DNA of 64,000 bases from Marsupella aquatica (taxonomy: Eukaryota > Plantae > Marchantiophyta): NCBI GenBank assembly GCA_973895155.1, contig OZ316898.1, positions 7,551,079-7,615,078 of the forward strand, in the 5' to 3' direction. The position numbers were made by a program, and so were the translations under genes. The notes under the pieces were generated by a model. That model was given only the letters and a program-made list of their open reading frames with translations, ran no database searches and was not told where the DNA came from. Within the stretch, counting starts at the first letter, position 1; each line of letters opens with the position of its first letter. Positions 50,501-61,575 of this stretch are shown here, piece by piece.

Positions 50501-51449
50501 TTTTTCACTATCATTCGTTCATGGGACCCATCGGCTCAACCAAAAGACTTTTGCTGCATGGTTATTTAAAGCATCATCGAAGAGTAATCGCCCACAGCAC
50601 TCGCCAAACGAAGATAGTCCTTCCATTTTGAGGCGCTTTCGGATCTTCGGATCCACAACCAATGCCGTCATTAACTCATTTTTCTATCCCGTAAGTTATT
50701 CAATCTCACCTCAGATTAAATTCTCTACTTATGTTCGCACATCGTAAAAGATCAGGGCAAAGATTGCGCGAGTACAGAGAAATGTGTGAACAGCTCGGAA
50801 AGAAACAGGGCCGACACCGTCCGCGGCATTCATACCTCAGCTTTAAGTACTTGTTCACATCGGCAACAGTGAGCCTTGTCGAGTTCTCAGGAGAGGCGTA
50901 CATTGACGTCTCAGCGTCCTCGGGAACAACTCCCGTCCGGTTCTTCTTTGCTGTTGTTTCCAAATACTCCTCGCCGTTATTCAAATCTAGCTCCTCCTCG
51001 TCAACCTCGGGTCTCAGTTTCTCTTCGTCAGACACCGCGGTCCAGACTGACCTAAAGTTGCAGGCTGAAGGAGTATAGCCAGGTACTCTAAATGAAGTGC
51101 GTCGCAAATTATGGTCCGCAGAAAAATCGACTCCATGAAGCGCAACATTTTGACGCTCAGGGGTTGACCTATATTCTAAACATCGGTCGATGATGATACT
51201 TCGAGACCTGTCAGATCTCAGGTCGAAGACTTTACTATTCTCCGGAGGGTTTATCTCACTGGCATAAAAGTTGCTCTGTTCTAATTCACCTCTACAACCT
51301 ACATTCGCACACGAGTTCCCATCTTCGATACTTCTAGGCACCGTCCTTGGAAATCCGGAAACATTCCTTTCCCAATTCGAGACCGATCGAAGTGTTGCAG
51401 AACGAGCCTGCCCTAAACCTCGGGGCAGGTGCCTCGATACAGCAGCCAT
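45734..51449 (-). CDS. DAP3: Mitochondrial ribosomal protein DAP3/mS29; 7 exons: 51449-50836, 50385-50192, 47994-47786, 47311-47057, 46800-46714, 46391-46219, 45839-45734
   Basis: Presequence-like N-terminus; EGLPSGLLKEF, P-loop-like LLEGFVKGGKT, MLVHWAR.QGWLVFYVP, FDTP, VPVLIAIDE-FNSWFTFS, AFSHSLAVGKL, KKLFYLTNGN; GT-AG junctions are in compatible phases. Confidence 0.92.
47498..47543. repeat. (AGT)n microsatellite, ~15 units, in DAP3 intron 3
   Basis: Continuous agtagtagt run. Confidence 0.95.
48428..49651 (+). CDS. Hypothetical 407-aa low-complexity, charged protein, antisense within DAP3 intron 2
   Basis: 1224-nt ATG-to-stop ORF lying entirely inside the 50191-47995 intron; no recognisable domain. 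Confidence 0.5.
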   Translation: MTAQPESDDSAAVDPDVIQKKHRHKQKSGRQKSEYLGFGDPRGRSALRRGLHRRKDTTSKRVSIQKRRSFTVAAKTNKTLLFDKKREKEFMRHFNESDDDEPDWDPRLRAVKKNFGEITLRKKREARKTWQEIEEAKSDSDSNDKESSDSDSRLRALEIQGKGKNNSLNQKGGADNEDSWDGSDHDTRSGDSSNSLDFKRQAKYNKDNQESDEDPWFWDSRGWDSNGNTTKSKGGTSNRGKDGNQNASTKWGEPNPDTLKTKTPNLKNTGSRLKKSIEKVQLEEFRRKYYESLIDGNRVADNSSINSRSSTSSDSSLSSIEQSIKAPEGLKGTANKFLDDSDEDDNEIITYTKRGWTIRRAPRIDINKGPKEIPRLHWSDESSVSSTSTSSSDTEMSGSRQNDAGTE

Positions 51450-51844
51450 TTGCTGCGACTATCTCCCGCCAGACGAGAAGAATGCGTACCCAGAATTGAA
51501 ATTCTCACAAAACGAGAGGCACCATACTTGTGGGATCGAGAAGCTCCAAAGAGGAAACCGTGTGGCCGTCAAGGTTGCGTTGAGCTCCAGTCAAACGCAT
51601 GGACATATTTCCCTGAAACAACATGATCCACCAAAGAACCAAATGCTGCTACAATCCATTCAGTCGCGCTGATGAGGGAAGCACTCCACTCAGTGTCTTT
51701 CTTATTGGCGAAAATTCGCCAAATCCTGCATTGGGATTACGTAATGCGAGCTTCGCAAGGGCAAGTTTTGACCCAAAAATATTGAAAACTTCGCCACATT
51801 CTCAGGTGACAGAAGTCTTTAGTCACGAGCAATCTTGAGGGTTT

Positions 51845-51928
51845 ACTGTGGGCTCTCGCCAGCCCCTCCCAATGCACTGTTGGGCTCTCGCCAGCCCCTC
51901 GCAAGACACTGTTGGGCTGTCTCGCCAG
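51845..51928. promoter_or_regulatory. ~32-bp tandem repeat carrying three TGGGCT site II-like elements upstream of DAP3
   Basis: actgt(t)gggct.tcgccag repeated ~2.7 times about 400 bp upstream of the ATG; TGGGCY is the TCP site II consensus. Confidence 0.45.
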
Positions 51929-51953
51929 TGTCCTCCCAGAGAGAAACAGTCGG

Positions 51954-52403
51954 CTCTGTATAAGTGCACACTACATAAGTGCATTTCCGGGTTAAGCGCA
52001 GGGCATAATGTTCTCTCCCTTATTTTACACCCAATAAACGTTTTTTAAGCGTATTCCCTGAGCGCATAAAGGCCTAAAGGATAATTTGTAAATGCTTACC
52101 CTTGATAAACGTCTATGGGCCTGGTGCAGGCATTATGCCATAGAGTTGCATTTAGTAATGCGTGCCAATTTGTAAATGCTTACCCTTGATAAGCGTCTAT
52201 AGGCGGGGTGAAGGCATTATGCCATAGAATTGCATTTACTAATGCATGCCCATTCTTAGTGGAGTTAAAAATGAACTTACGGAATTGGGCACAGATTTTA
52301 GGGCAGGGATAAGAGGTAGGCTGCTCACTGACTGAGGGGGTCATTACACATTCAACAAAGGGATACAAATCATGTACACTTATAGTTAACTGCACTTTTT
52401 AGG
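51954..52403. mobile_element. Degenerate MITE-like element with AAGTGCA subterminal motifs and an internal ~85-bp duplication (52083-52249)
   Basis: Left end ctctgtataagtgcacactacataagtgcat resembles the reverse complement of the right end; internal aatttgtaaatgcttacccttgataa... occurs twice. Confidence 0.4.
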
Positions 52404-52424
52404 GGGGATTGAATTGAATTGAAT

Positions 52425-53552
52425 CTATTCCCAAGCTAGTGAGGATTCTAGCCCACTTGTTTCCATCAGACAATCCACTGAGGGTCTAGCCAGAGTTTAT
52501 TTGGGTCTCAGTCAACCTGTCCAACACAGGGAGAAACACGGGGCGGCAGGGAGAAAAGCAGGGTTGACGGAGGATCACCAGTGCTTGACTAGGAGAAGAG
52601 TGGGAGACAAGGGGTAGATTAGTCAGTGCCTGGTGGGTTCTGGTCATATGGCTGGAAAGCTACATTATTTGTTTGGCTGACAAAAGCCTTAGGCAGCTGA
52701 ACATAATAGGTGAGGGTCCCCACCTTCACCTTGCCCTGCTGGGACTACTATCTGATCCGACCTGAAAGATTTGAGCCAATGAGTGGGTTGCTTCCTTGAA
52801 GATGTATGCAATGCCAATGTTCGAATTGATGGAGAAGACTTTGGAAAAGACATTTGGCTTAGTGCATAATCCACTGGGATGTATTTCAATGACACTAATT
52901 GACACTAGAAGTACTTGTGTTTCTAAGTTATTTGAAGACAAGAACTTGATCCTTCTGATTAATATTGTGATGGTGTTCAAGCTTCATCATATGCCCTTCA
53001 TGTGTGGCTACAGTAGGTATTCTCTTGCCTGTGCCATTTTCACCATTCAAATTTTTCTAATAACTTGAGTGACAAAGTAGGAAAACATCATACTCTTTGG
53101 TTGCTTTCTCATGGCTCTTTGTTGTTCCAGTTTTCACAGCATTTATAGCTGCAACTTTCCCTTTCTTTCCTGATCTAAGGGTATTTCCAGGACCAACCAC
53201 ATATTTCGTAACTATGTACTCTGAACTCCTCTTGAAGCTAGTCATATAGACATCTCATCTGCTGTCTTCCATTGCATAAAGGATATTTTTACTTCTTTTC
53301 CATACTTCTTTTCCATTTATAGAAAGAAGCAGATTGTTGACTTTGACTTTGAAAAATATTAGTGAAAAAAAGGATCCTTGTGTTCAAGTGTAATTTGACC
53401 TGGGCATACTTACTCATAAAATTACCAATAACAAGAAAACAAACCTAGCAATTCATCTCAACTTGTCCTGAATTGCTCTGTGCAGTTACCTTGCATATGG
53501 TTGAAGGTGAAAAAGCCCAAAGTTTTCAGTGTTTCATGGCTGATCAATTGGG
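52425..53552 (+). pseudogene. Inverted, intron-containing partial duplicate of the LHT gene (3 exon remnants plus intron sequence)
   Basis: MYAMPMFELMEKTLEKTFGLVHNP, FTAFIAATFPFFPDL..PTTYF and LPCIWLKVKKPKVFSVSWLINW match LHT exons at 62671-62026; ~52425-52790 matches intron ~62680-63290 inverted; splice sites and one exon are damaged. Confidence 0.85.
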
Positions 53553-54501
53553 TAGCTATTGTTTCCAAAATAATTGTCTTCATCATATTTTGCTCATCAA
53601 AATCATATTTTTTTCCTTAGGTCAAATCAGGTTTCACTTTTCCTACCCAGCACAATGATGAAGGAACAAATTGTTGTTTTATCCTATGATTCTGCTAAAA
53701 CAATATATTCAATATCCTCTTTTGCTCATTCTTCTGGATACCTTCACTGACTTTCTTTGGAATGCCTTCAGCAGTGCGTGAAATGTTCATCTGTCATATT
53801 ATTCTCAATTGTGTTTCCTTAAGCCATCATGCAAGAATTTATGATGGAAGTCATTCCCCGAGTCACACCAGTCATGTTACCCATCAGTTGTCTAAACTTC
53901 CATTCTTTTCAAATGGAAGTAATCCAACACATCCCTTTTCTATCAAATGGTGTGTATGAATAACTTCCCAATTACAATTCCTGAGCTACCAAATCATGTA
54001 ATAAAATCACTGTCCAATAGATTAAATCATACCATATAAACTTAACATGTTTTCGTATATCCAAGCTCTTGAAATTTAAATATAGCTGGCCCCATTTGTG
54101 CTGTCTATTACTAAATCACACCAAGGATCCATCACTTTTCATGTACCATTGTTATAGACAACTTCCCAAATTTAATTGGCACTACATTGTCATAAAAATG
54201 AATAATGTTTGGCATAAAGTGTCACATGGATTGACTTTTGAGTCCACCATCCTCTAGAACATGATGGCAATTAATGGACCAATTGCTGTGCAACACATCC
54301 AAAGCTAAAAGGCATGAGAGACTTAGGTCTGTATACGGCAACAGGGTAAACACAACATCAGTCAATAAAAAAAGTTGACATGGATTTTCACAAATAAGCA
54401 ACCGCTGTAGAGTGAGAGTTGTAGAAACTTACAATCCAGATAAATCCCCTCTGACTATTGAGAATTAAAGAGGACTGGAGCCTTAGCCTCTGGTTGAAAA
54501 T

Positions 54502-55299
54502 CTATTGTGGCCTTTGGATTACTCTCTCAATGTCAGCAACCCACAATGCCGCACCAATCACATTTGTGAGGATCAGAATAACATTAAAACCTGGCACCAA
54601 TGTCAATGCTGATGCCACAAGTCCAAACTGTATATACTCTGCTTTTCTGGAGTGAATCATGACCGCCTCGTCCTCTGTTGATAGCCCTTTGAGGTCGGAG
54701 TAATAGAAATGATGCAAGACAGTTGCAGTTTCCATAGCATTCAACCAGCAAAACAAGGCTTGACCAAAGATGGGAATAAAATTCAGTGGCAGAGTTAGGA
54801 AGTATTTAATTTTGGGATGATTGCTCATAGTCTCAGGGTCAATGAGGATTGCAGGGAGAGCTGAAATGGTTTGTCTTCTAGAAGCTTGTACTTGTGCCTG
54901 TGCTTGAATTTGAAGTTCTCTGTGCTGCTCAATCCATTCATACTCCTCAGGTGAGGCTCTTGCCACTGTCACACCCTGAAGTTGCAAAACATCTAGAAAC
55001 AATTTCTCGTGGACAGTTTGGTGCCGGTTATAGAACAAAATCACTACAGGGATTGCAGTTTCAATCATGATCAAGGCAACTGTGCCCACAGTATAGTATA
55101 GAAAATCTGGCAACATTTGATGCAATAGTTCACGCTGAGCACTAAATGTGCAAGAGAGCAGACTGCCCATTATAACCGTTGAGTACAGTCCAACCTCTAG
55201 TGCAAATCTAGTTACCCTTTGCCACAAAGTGGCTCTATTCTCCTCCCAAAAGAAGTAATAGAGACCTTTGATTGGGTAGATGTAGGCTGAGTTTGACAT
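54502..55299 (-). CDS. EI24/CysZ-superfamily multi-pass membrane protein resembling fungal Rrt8/Lds outer-spore-wall proteins, 265 aa, intronless
   Basis: Motifs YIYPIKGLYYF, LPLNFIPIFG, LHHFYYSDLKG, YIQFGLVASALTLVPG and TNVIGAALWVADIE match my recollection of the fungal Rrt8/Lds family pattern. Confidence 0.8.
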   Translation of the reverse strand: MSNSAYIYPIKGLYYFFWEENRATLWQRVTRFALEVGLYSTVIMGSLLSCTFSAQRELLHQMLPDFLYYTVGTVALIMIETAIPVVILFYNRHQTVHEKLFLDVLQLQGVTVARASPEEYEWIEQHRELQIQAQAQVQASRRQTISALPAILIDPETMSNHPKIKYFLTLPLNFIPIFGQALFCWLNAMETATVLHHFYYSDLKGLSTEDEAVMIHSRKAEYIQFGLVASALTLVPGFNVILILTNVIGAALWVADIERVIQRPQ

Positions 55300-57419
55300 T
55301 TATGAAATTGGAATGACTTTTTATAAATGCAAAAGATCCATAACAGTTTGGTTTTCTCCTTAAATCCTCCTTGTGGGCTGTTATGTTTGCTTTGTTGTAA
55401 TACTGAGTATGATGGTAATGCTCTGAAAGCTAATCAGTCAAGTAAATAATTTGGTATAATTTCAAAAATGTTCTTGTGAGACCAACCACTTTGCAGTAAT
55501 TGCACATCAAAATGCAGCAACATAGGTTCTTTTGTGTCACTTGGCATTTACCCACACGTTGCAGGGATTTCCATGTCACAATGAAGTTAATGGAGTCATT
55601 TTCATATAGGATTGAGTGTTGTTCCTTCTCCAATTTCTTCTATGTATCTGACTGCTTTTTGATGTGCAATGATCAAAACAAAGAAAAACATAGGTGGACT
55701 TTTTGGTATTGATAGACAATACCAAGCTCCATTAAACCTCATAAGTTGCGCTCAAATGAAGGTAAGACTAAAGCTTAATTGTTTGTTGTATTTTCAAGCT
55801 GTAGAGACTATACAAGAAATTCAACCCAAAACAAGCCAAAGACATCACCGCATGGGTGTATGACTAGCTCCCAAGAATCTCAATGTCCCATTGCACATGC
55901 CCTGGGTCTTCACTTATGTTCTTCCTACCCATCATGCATGAACAATAAGTATATGATTTCTTATTGGGTACTATGAAAAAAATTCAAACCTACATGCAAT
56001 CAAAAATAAATATTTTTGGTGGGAAGTAACTACCTGCTAGAAAAGCATAGCAGGTAAAAAAAGTATTATGATAATCTTTCAAATATTGAAAATAGAGAAT
56101 ATTCCTAAATATACACTAAGTATCCAAAATATACACTAAGTAATCTCCCAAGCCTACAAAATTGTCTGGAAGAACAATATGGCTCTTTTAATTAATTCTA
56201 ATTTTGAGAATTAAGAAAAGAAAGGCATTTTAAAAACCCATTTGGGGGTGCTTATTTTCCACAAAAAATGGTGCATGATATGTGACCTCCTTAGAGTGAG
56301 GCCCCAGTCTGAGCACTTGGAAATAAAGACAAAGTTGGCTACAAGACAAGTATCATAGCTTTGGCGTTGCTTAAAGAATGAAAACTTAAAAGGATACTTG
56401 ATGGTGCTGACAAAATGGATAAACAAAATTCTCAATTACAATGGAGTAGAGACTAAAGTAAAATTTTCTGCAAGAAAAACAATGGTGAAGAAAACAGGGG
56501 TAGGTTTTTCAAAACCATAATGTGAAATGAGAATCTTGAGAGTACCTAGCTCACAAGCTATAAGATAAATTGGACCCCAAGTTTCCCACCTGATCTGTCT
56601 AGCTCCTCATACTCCATCCACTATAGCTCTCACATCTTGGCCAAAGGTTAATGGTTGTCCTCAATCTACTACATTACCATGGAATCAGCTGGAGTCAAAG
56701 GATGATAAAGTCCAAGAGTGGCTTCTTCCCTACCCAAATAAAACATCATAGGAGGGTAGACTCACAACAATCTCAATCTATTTGAGTTTTTTTCTTCGTC
56801 TCACTAAATTTGAATGCATAAACAAAGATTTGTTGCTTGGATAAAATTGTGGTGGGTATGACGACTGTGCCTCAACACCCATTGAGTTTTTCATGAGGAG
56901 AATACTAGAGCACTAGGCCAGCGCACATGCATAACCCATTGGCATGTTCAGACATGAAAGGTGGCGCGAATTGAACCTTGGAGTTATTTCGCACAAATGA
57001 CATATCATGTAGGACGAAGTATATGATCATTTTATTGATTCTAAAAAAAATATTAATAAAATGTGGATGAACTTTAGGGTCATTAGAGATATCCCAAAAG
57101 TACCCTGTCAGCTAGCTTTTGAGGTATGGTTAGTTAGTAATCCTAGTTGAGTTAAGTTAACTTGACCTGCGGTTAAGGATTAACATACAAATGACAAAAT
57201 ACCAAGGCGAAAACATCTCGACCACGATTATTCCTAGTTCAAATGTTTTGAACAACAATTTGACCATGTCCATTGCGAGGTGTTACCGGTGAGCTCGGTT
57301 CAACGTCATTCTTCGGGGCATCAATTTAATTCATTGCGGCGGGGTGGGAACTACATTTGCAAGGAGCGCTGCCATTGAGCTCGATTGAGTGGGGATTCAA
57401 TCTGCGGTGCATCAATTCC

Positions 57420-59040
57420 ATGGCGGCCGGGCGGGAACTGCATTTGCGATCGCGGATGGTGGGAAGCATGGCAACTTCATTAGAGGGAGGTGGGAGGGGA
57501 GAGGCCAAGAGATTGCGAGACCAAGCTCGCGATAAGAAGAAACAGCCAGCCGAAGACAGAGCACGGAGTCCATCTGCCTCAGAGGAGCACAATCTTCCAG
57601 TCCAGGTTCCAGTCTCGATTGCATCGGCTGTCGATGTTGAATTCACTACGCCCCTGCCAGTAGTAGAGCATGAGGTAGAGGAAGAAGAAGAAGAAGAGCC
57701 CTTTAGCTCAGTGCAAGAGCAGGAAGCAGGAGTCCCTACCTTAAGACAGCTTCGAATTCAGCTCGAGAATCTGCCTTCAGCGTTAGGTGAATCCAACTTT
57801 GACTTTATGCAGGCTGTCCATTCAATCTCACGTTTGTGTTGCAATTGCTCCTTTGATAGTTTCTATTACTCACTACTTACAATTTTTTATTGTAGTGGGG
57901 CTTGGTAATATGCTGGGCCACATTGATAGTCTCGGACAAGAAGTCGTTGGTGATGACACAGTAGCGTCTGTCTCCAATGAGAATAGTTCAGACAAGGCGT
58001 ACACTGGTGACGAAGGCCACGAGACAGACGTTGAGGATAGCAGCGACTCTTCAACTGATAGCATGATGGCTGATATGCAGAACGGGAAGGTGAAGAAAGG
58101 GAAAGCCAAGAACGGGAAGGGGATGAATGAAGCAGCCTTGGATGTTGCAATGCAGATGGGGAAGGAGAAGCAGCATTCGGGCATTCCAACTGCAACCGAA
58201 TTGTCCAAGGATGATGGGAGCAAGGCAAAACGTAAGATAGTCTCAAAGGAGCATGTGTACAAGCTTGTGAAGGATTACCAAGTCCATTTTGCAAGCTTTA
58301 GCAAGGGGAAAGGGAAGAAATCAATTGTACAATTGATTCCAGGCAAGGTTTGGAAAGCTATCTACGCCGATTACAAGGAATTGTATCCTGATTCGCCCTT
58401 TGGGGAAATTACTCTCAAAGACCACTTGAGAACAAGCTTAAAGGAGCTGCAATCTGGAGTGGGAAACCCTGATGGTGGGCAGAAAGCAGTGTTGCAGGAT
58501 GAGGATTTGATGACGAAATTGGTGTCAACTGACTCCTGGAAAGCCAGAAATATTTTGCAGATCAGGGCGGATGCTTGTGATGGAACAACATCCAAGAAGG
58601 CTAGATCCACTGGTCCTGCAAACACAATTTCTCTAGGGTTGTCTACTTCTCCAGGGGAGTCTAATGTGGCATCCCCTTGTCCTCGGACTCCCTCCCAACA
58701 GAACCAGAGCGAGCATAAGGGCAAGCCTCCAACTAAGTCAGAAAACTTAAAGGCTGCACGAGAAGACATGGCAGCAATTGTTGGAGAGTTCAAGTCAATG
58801 AAGAGGGATAGGAAAGACGAGGCAGATGCCAAAAGAATCCAGGCCGAGGCAAAAGCATCTTTCCATGAAGCTAAGAGGCATGAGTCAGAGACAAGGAGAA
58901 TTGCCCAAGCAAAGCAAAATGTCCTAGCCAAAATTAGCCTTCTGGAAAAACAGAAGGCTCTTGGCTTGATTACAGAGGATGAGTTCAAATATCAGTGTAA
59001 AGTCGTCTTTGGGATCCTTCCTGGGCCTGGGCAACCATAG
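57420..59040 (+). CDS. Harbinger accessory ORF (Myb/SANT-like helical domain plus C-terminal coiled coil); exons 57420-57786 and 57896-59040
   Basis: A phase-1 GT-AG intron (57787-57895) joins two ORFs in frame; KVWKAIYADYKELYP helix; charged coiled-coil C-terminus; lies inside the TIRs; start codon uncertain. Confidence 0.75.
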
Positions 59041-59841
59041 TTTATGTTTACTGCAAAGAGGACTCGAAGTAGACCTTAGAATTTAGGCTCTCTTGATGGC
59101 ATGTGCATGCTATCCAATTTTGTATAAGCACATTCAAACATATAAAATAGTTTTGCTAGCGCTGACTCTATTCCATGCTTCATTCAATGTCAGTTGGTCT
59201 TCATGGAAGCTTGAATTATGCAATAGAATTAGTTCTGTTGCTAAAACAGAAAGATATCTGTATCTAGAAATTGAACTGCAACGTGGGACCATCCTTTGTA
59301 TAAAACTATGATTATAAAGCTCTCTAGAATAAAGTTCAACCTTGCTTTATTCGATCTTCCCTCGACTCTTCCCTGCTCTGCTAATTGATGTGAGAGTTCT
59401 TCCTTCCAGGTGTCTTAATCTTGCCTTGACCTAGCTTCAACCTATTCTCAATGCCAACAGTAGCTTCGGATCCTTCACTGAGAGCATCCAGTCGGATTGA
59501 CAATGCTGACTTTGCAGCTAGGATGCAACAAACTGCAAGCCTAAAAAGCTCAATAGTCAAGCTTGGCAACCTCGGTCCTGCTACCTAAGAACGTAACAAC
59601 CTTCACATACTGAATGTTGTCCTGAATTATCTTTGAAAGCTTCTTTAAGATTGACATTTGCTCTGGATGTCTAATCACAGTATTGATTTCATGACAAGAC
59701 TAGAATGTTCAGGCGCACAGCTAGACCATAGTTGCATTGCAAATTGGAAACAAGAATAACATTTATTGATGTGGAATTGGATTACAGTCATGTAAGATTG
59801 CTTCCACGTAGCTAACACTGAAGCTATCTAATGCTACTCTA

Positions 59842-61083
59842 CTAACTTTCGGGTAACTTAGAAGTCCCCTGCCCATCCGCCATTGTTGCCATTTCTGTCC
59901 CTTGTGCAACTATCTCTTCAGACATGTCCATTTGTCTCATGTGCAAGAAATTTGTCAAAAGAGCAGCAGCCCTGAAAGTAATGCTGAATTTTTGCTTTGT
60001 AAGGTCAAATTGCTTCTGCAATCGTCTCCATTTCATCTTGAGGCCTCCAATTCCCCATTCCACCTTGACCCTGTGCCCACTAATCATTTTATTGAAGGTT
60101 TTGATTCGGCTAGCTCTCAATCCACTAGTCCTCATCTCAGTCTTTGTGAAGCCCCTCATGATGTACTTCTCCTTTCCTACATACCCAGAATCTCCAAGCA
60201 CATACTCACAGTATTCCTCCGTATGCATAAATAGTTGTCGCCAATAAACCTCAACCATGGAATTTTGCAGGATGGTAACATCGTGATATGAACCTGGATA
60301 CCCAGCATCCACATAAATGAACAGCCCATTGTGGTCGACTAACACTGTACTGTTCATACAATACATTTTCTTCCTCCCTTGAAACCACTTCTTATGATAA
60401 GGGTTCTGAAATGGCCTGCGGATCCTACATAGCGTGGCATCAATGAACCCAATGCATCCTGGAAGCTGTGGAATGGTCCTGGCTAATACCTGTCTCTCTA
60501 TAGCATTAGGCCACTTAATCTCGTTTGCAATTGCTTGGTTTATGCAAGATGCCACAAACAAGGAGTCATCACACACCGATGAACGACACCAATTCCACCT
60601 TTGTGCATCCAGATAAACAGAATTATCGTGCTTCAAATACAATATGAAATTCAGAAGCCTCTGTTCAGCAGTGAGCTTGCATGGACGGCCTCTCACCACA
60701 TGATCCACTCCTGTGCTTCGAGCATTTGCCTGGATGATAGGGCAAACACGAGCACACAACGCATGATACTCACCAGGCCAGAAATTGGTAAGGTCCTTGA
60801 ATTGTTGTGGGATTGCAGAGATAGATGCATATACATCGTGCACACCAATTAGTGGATTGACTGACCTGCCATTCTCTCGAGACAACTCGATACTCTGAAA
60901 TGACTCTATGCATTTTACATAAGTGTGAATTGCCATCACAACCAAGAGTAGCATCATGTCGTCGAGCTCCTGCAAGGAATCATCGTCATCGTTGTCACTA
61001 CTATCACTCTCATTGTCACTGCTGTCGTCTGAACTTGAAAACACCTGGCCGAACTGCTCAGCCTCCATCGGCACTTCTTCCAT
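59842..61083 (-). CDS. Harbinger/PIF DDE transposase (DDE_Tnp_4/HARBI1-like)
   Basis: CIGFIDATLCRIRRP, YPGSYHDVTIL, YVLGDSGY and HRVKVEWGIGGLKMKWRRL give an intact DDE triad in an uninterrupted ORF. Confidence 0.95.
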   Translation of the reverse strand: MEEVPMEAEQFGQVFSSSDDSSDNESDSSDNDDDDSLQELDDMMLLLVVMAIHTYVKCIESFQSIELSRENGRSVNPLIGVHDVYASISAIPQQFKDLTNFWPGEYHALCARVCPIIQANARSTGVDHVVRGRPCKLTAEQRLLNFILYLKHDNSVYLDAQRWNWCRSSVCDDSLFVASCINQAIANEIKWPNAIERQVLARTIPQLPGCIGFIDATLCRIRRPFQNPYHKKWFQGRKKMYCMNSTVLVDHNGLFIYVDAGYPGSYHDVTILQNSMVEVYWRQLFMHTEEYCEYVLGDSGYVGKEKYIMRGFTKTEMRTSGLRASRIKTFNKMISGHRVKVEWGIGGLKMKWRRLQKQFDLTKQKFSITFRAAALLTNFLHMRQMDMSEEIVAQGTEMATMADGQGTSKLPES

Positions 61084-61575
61084 TTGCAAAATGTTTCGAT
61101 TGCACCTCCACGTCTCGCCCTCGCCCCTACGTCAGTGCGCGAGATTCAACTTGTGCACCCCTTCCTGTCAGTTGCCCACACTCTGGTGTCCAATGGTTTT
61201 CTCGCGAAAATGGAGCTTCGATGTGGTGTGTTAGGTCGTAGAGCCCATTGCTAGTCATTTACACGATGTTTAGACAGCGGGCAGAGGAGAACGCCTCCTG
61301 TCTGCTTAACTTGGCCTAAACTCACCTGCTAAACCATGCTTTAACCAGATCACATGGTGCCAACATCTGTCCAACTTGGCCTAACTTGACTAGCCTTCAA
61401 AACTCACGTTGAATTCACGGATATTTGATTTTCAGCTAGAGTTTACGTAAACCATATTTTAAACTCTAGTTTACTTTCAGGATATCTCTATTTTAATTCA
61501 ATTTTGTGACATACAAGAGAAGATGAAAATGGATACACCCTGTCCCTTAACAGTTAGAAAGTTTTGTGCAAAAAA

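Larger units (their letters stand above)
57085..61489. mobile_element. PIF/Harbinger-superfamily DNA transposon, ~4.4 kb, apparently intact, with two convergent ORFs
   Basis: 18-bp TIRs AGAGATATCCCAAAAGTA / TACTTTCAGGATATCTCT (2 mismatches); 3-bp TSD ATT at 57082-57084 and 61490-61492. Confidence 0.93.

Noticed and set aside
58371-58988. 205-aa minus-strand ORF inside the Harbinger element
   Set aside because: Antisense shadow of the accessory ORF
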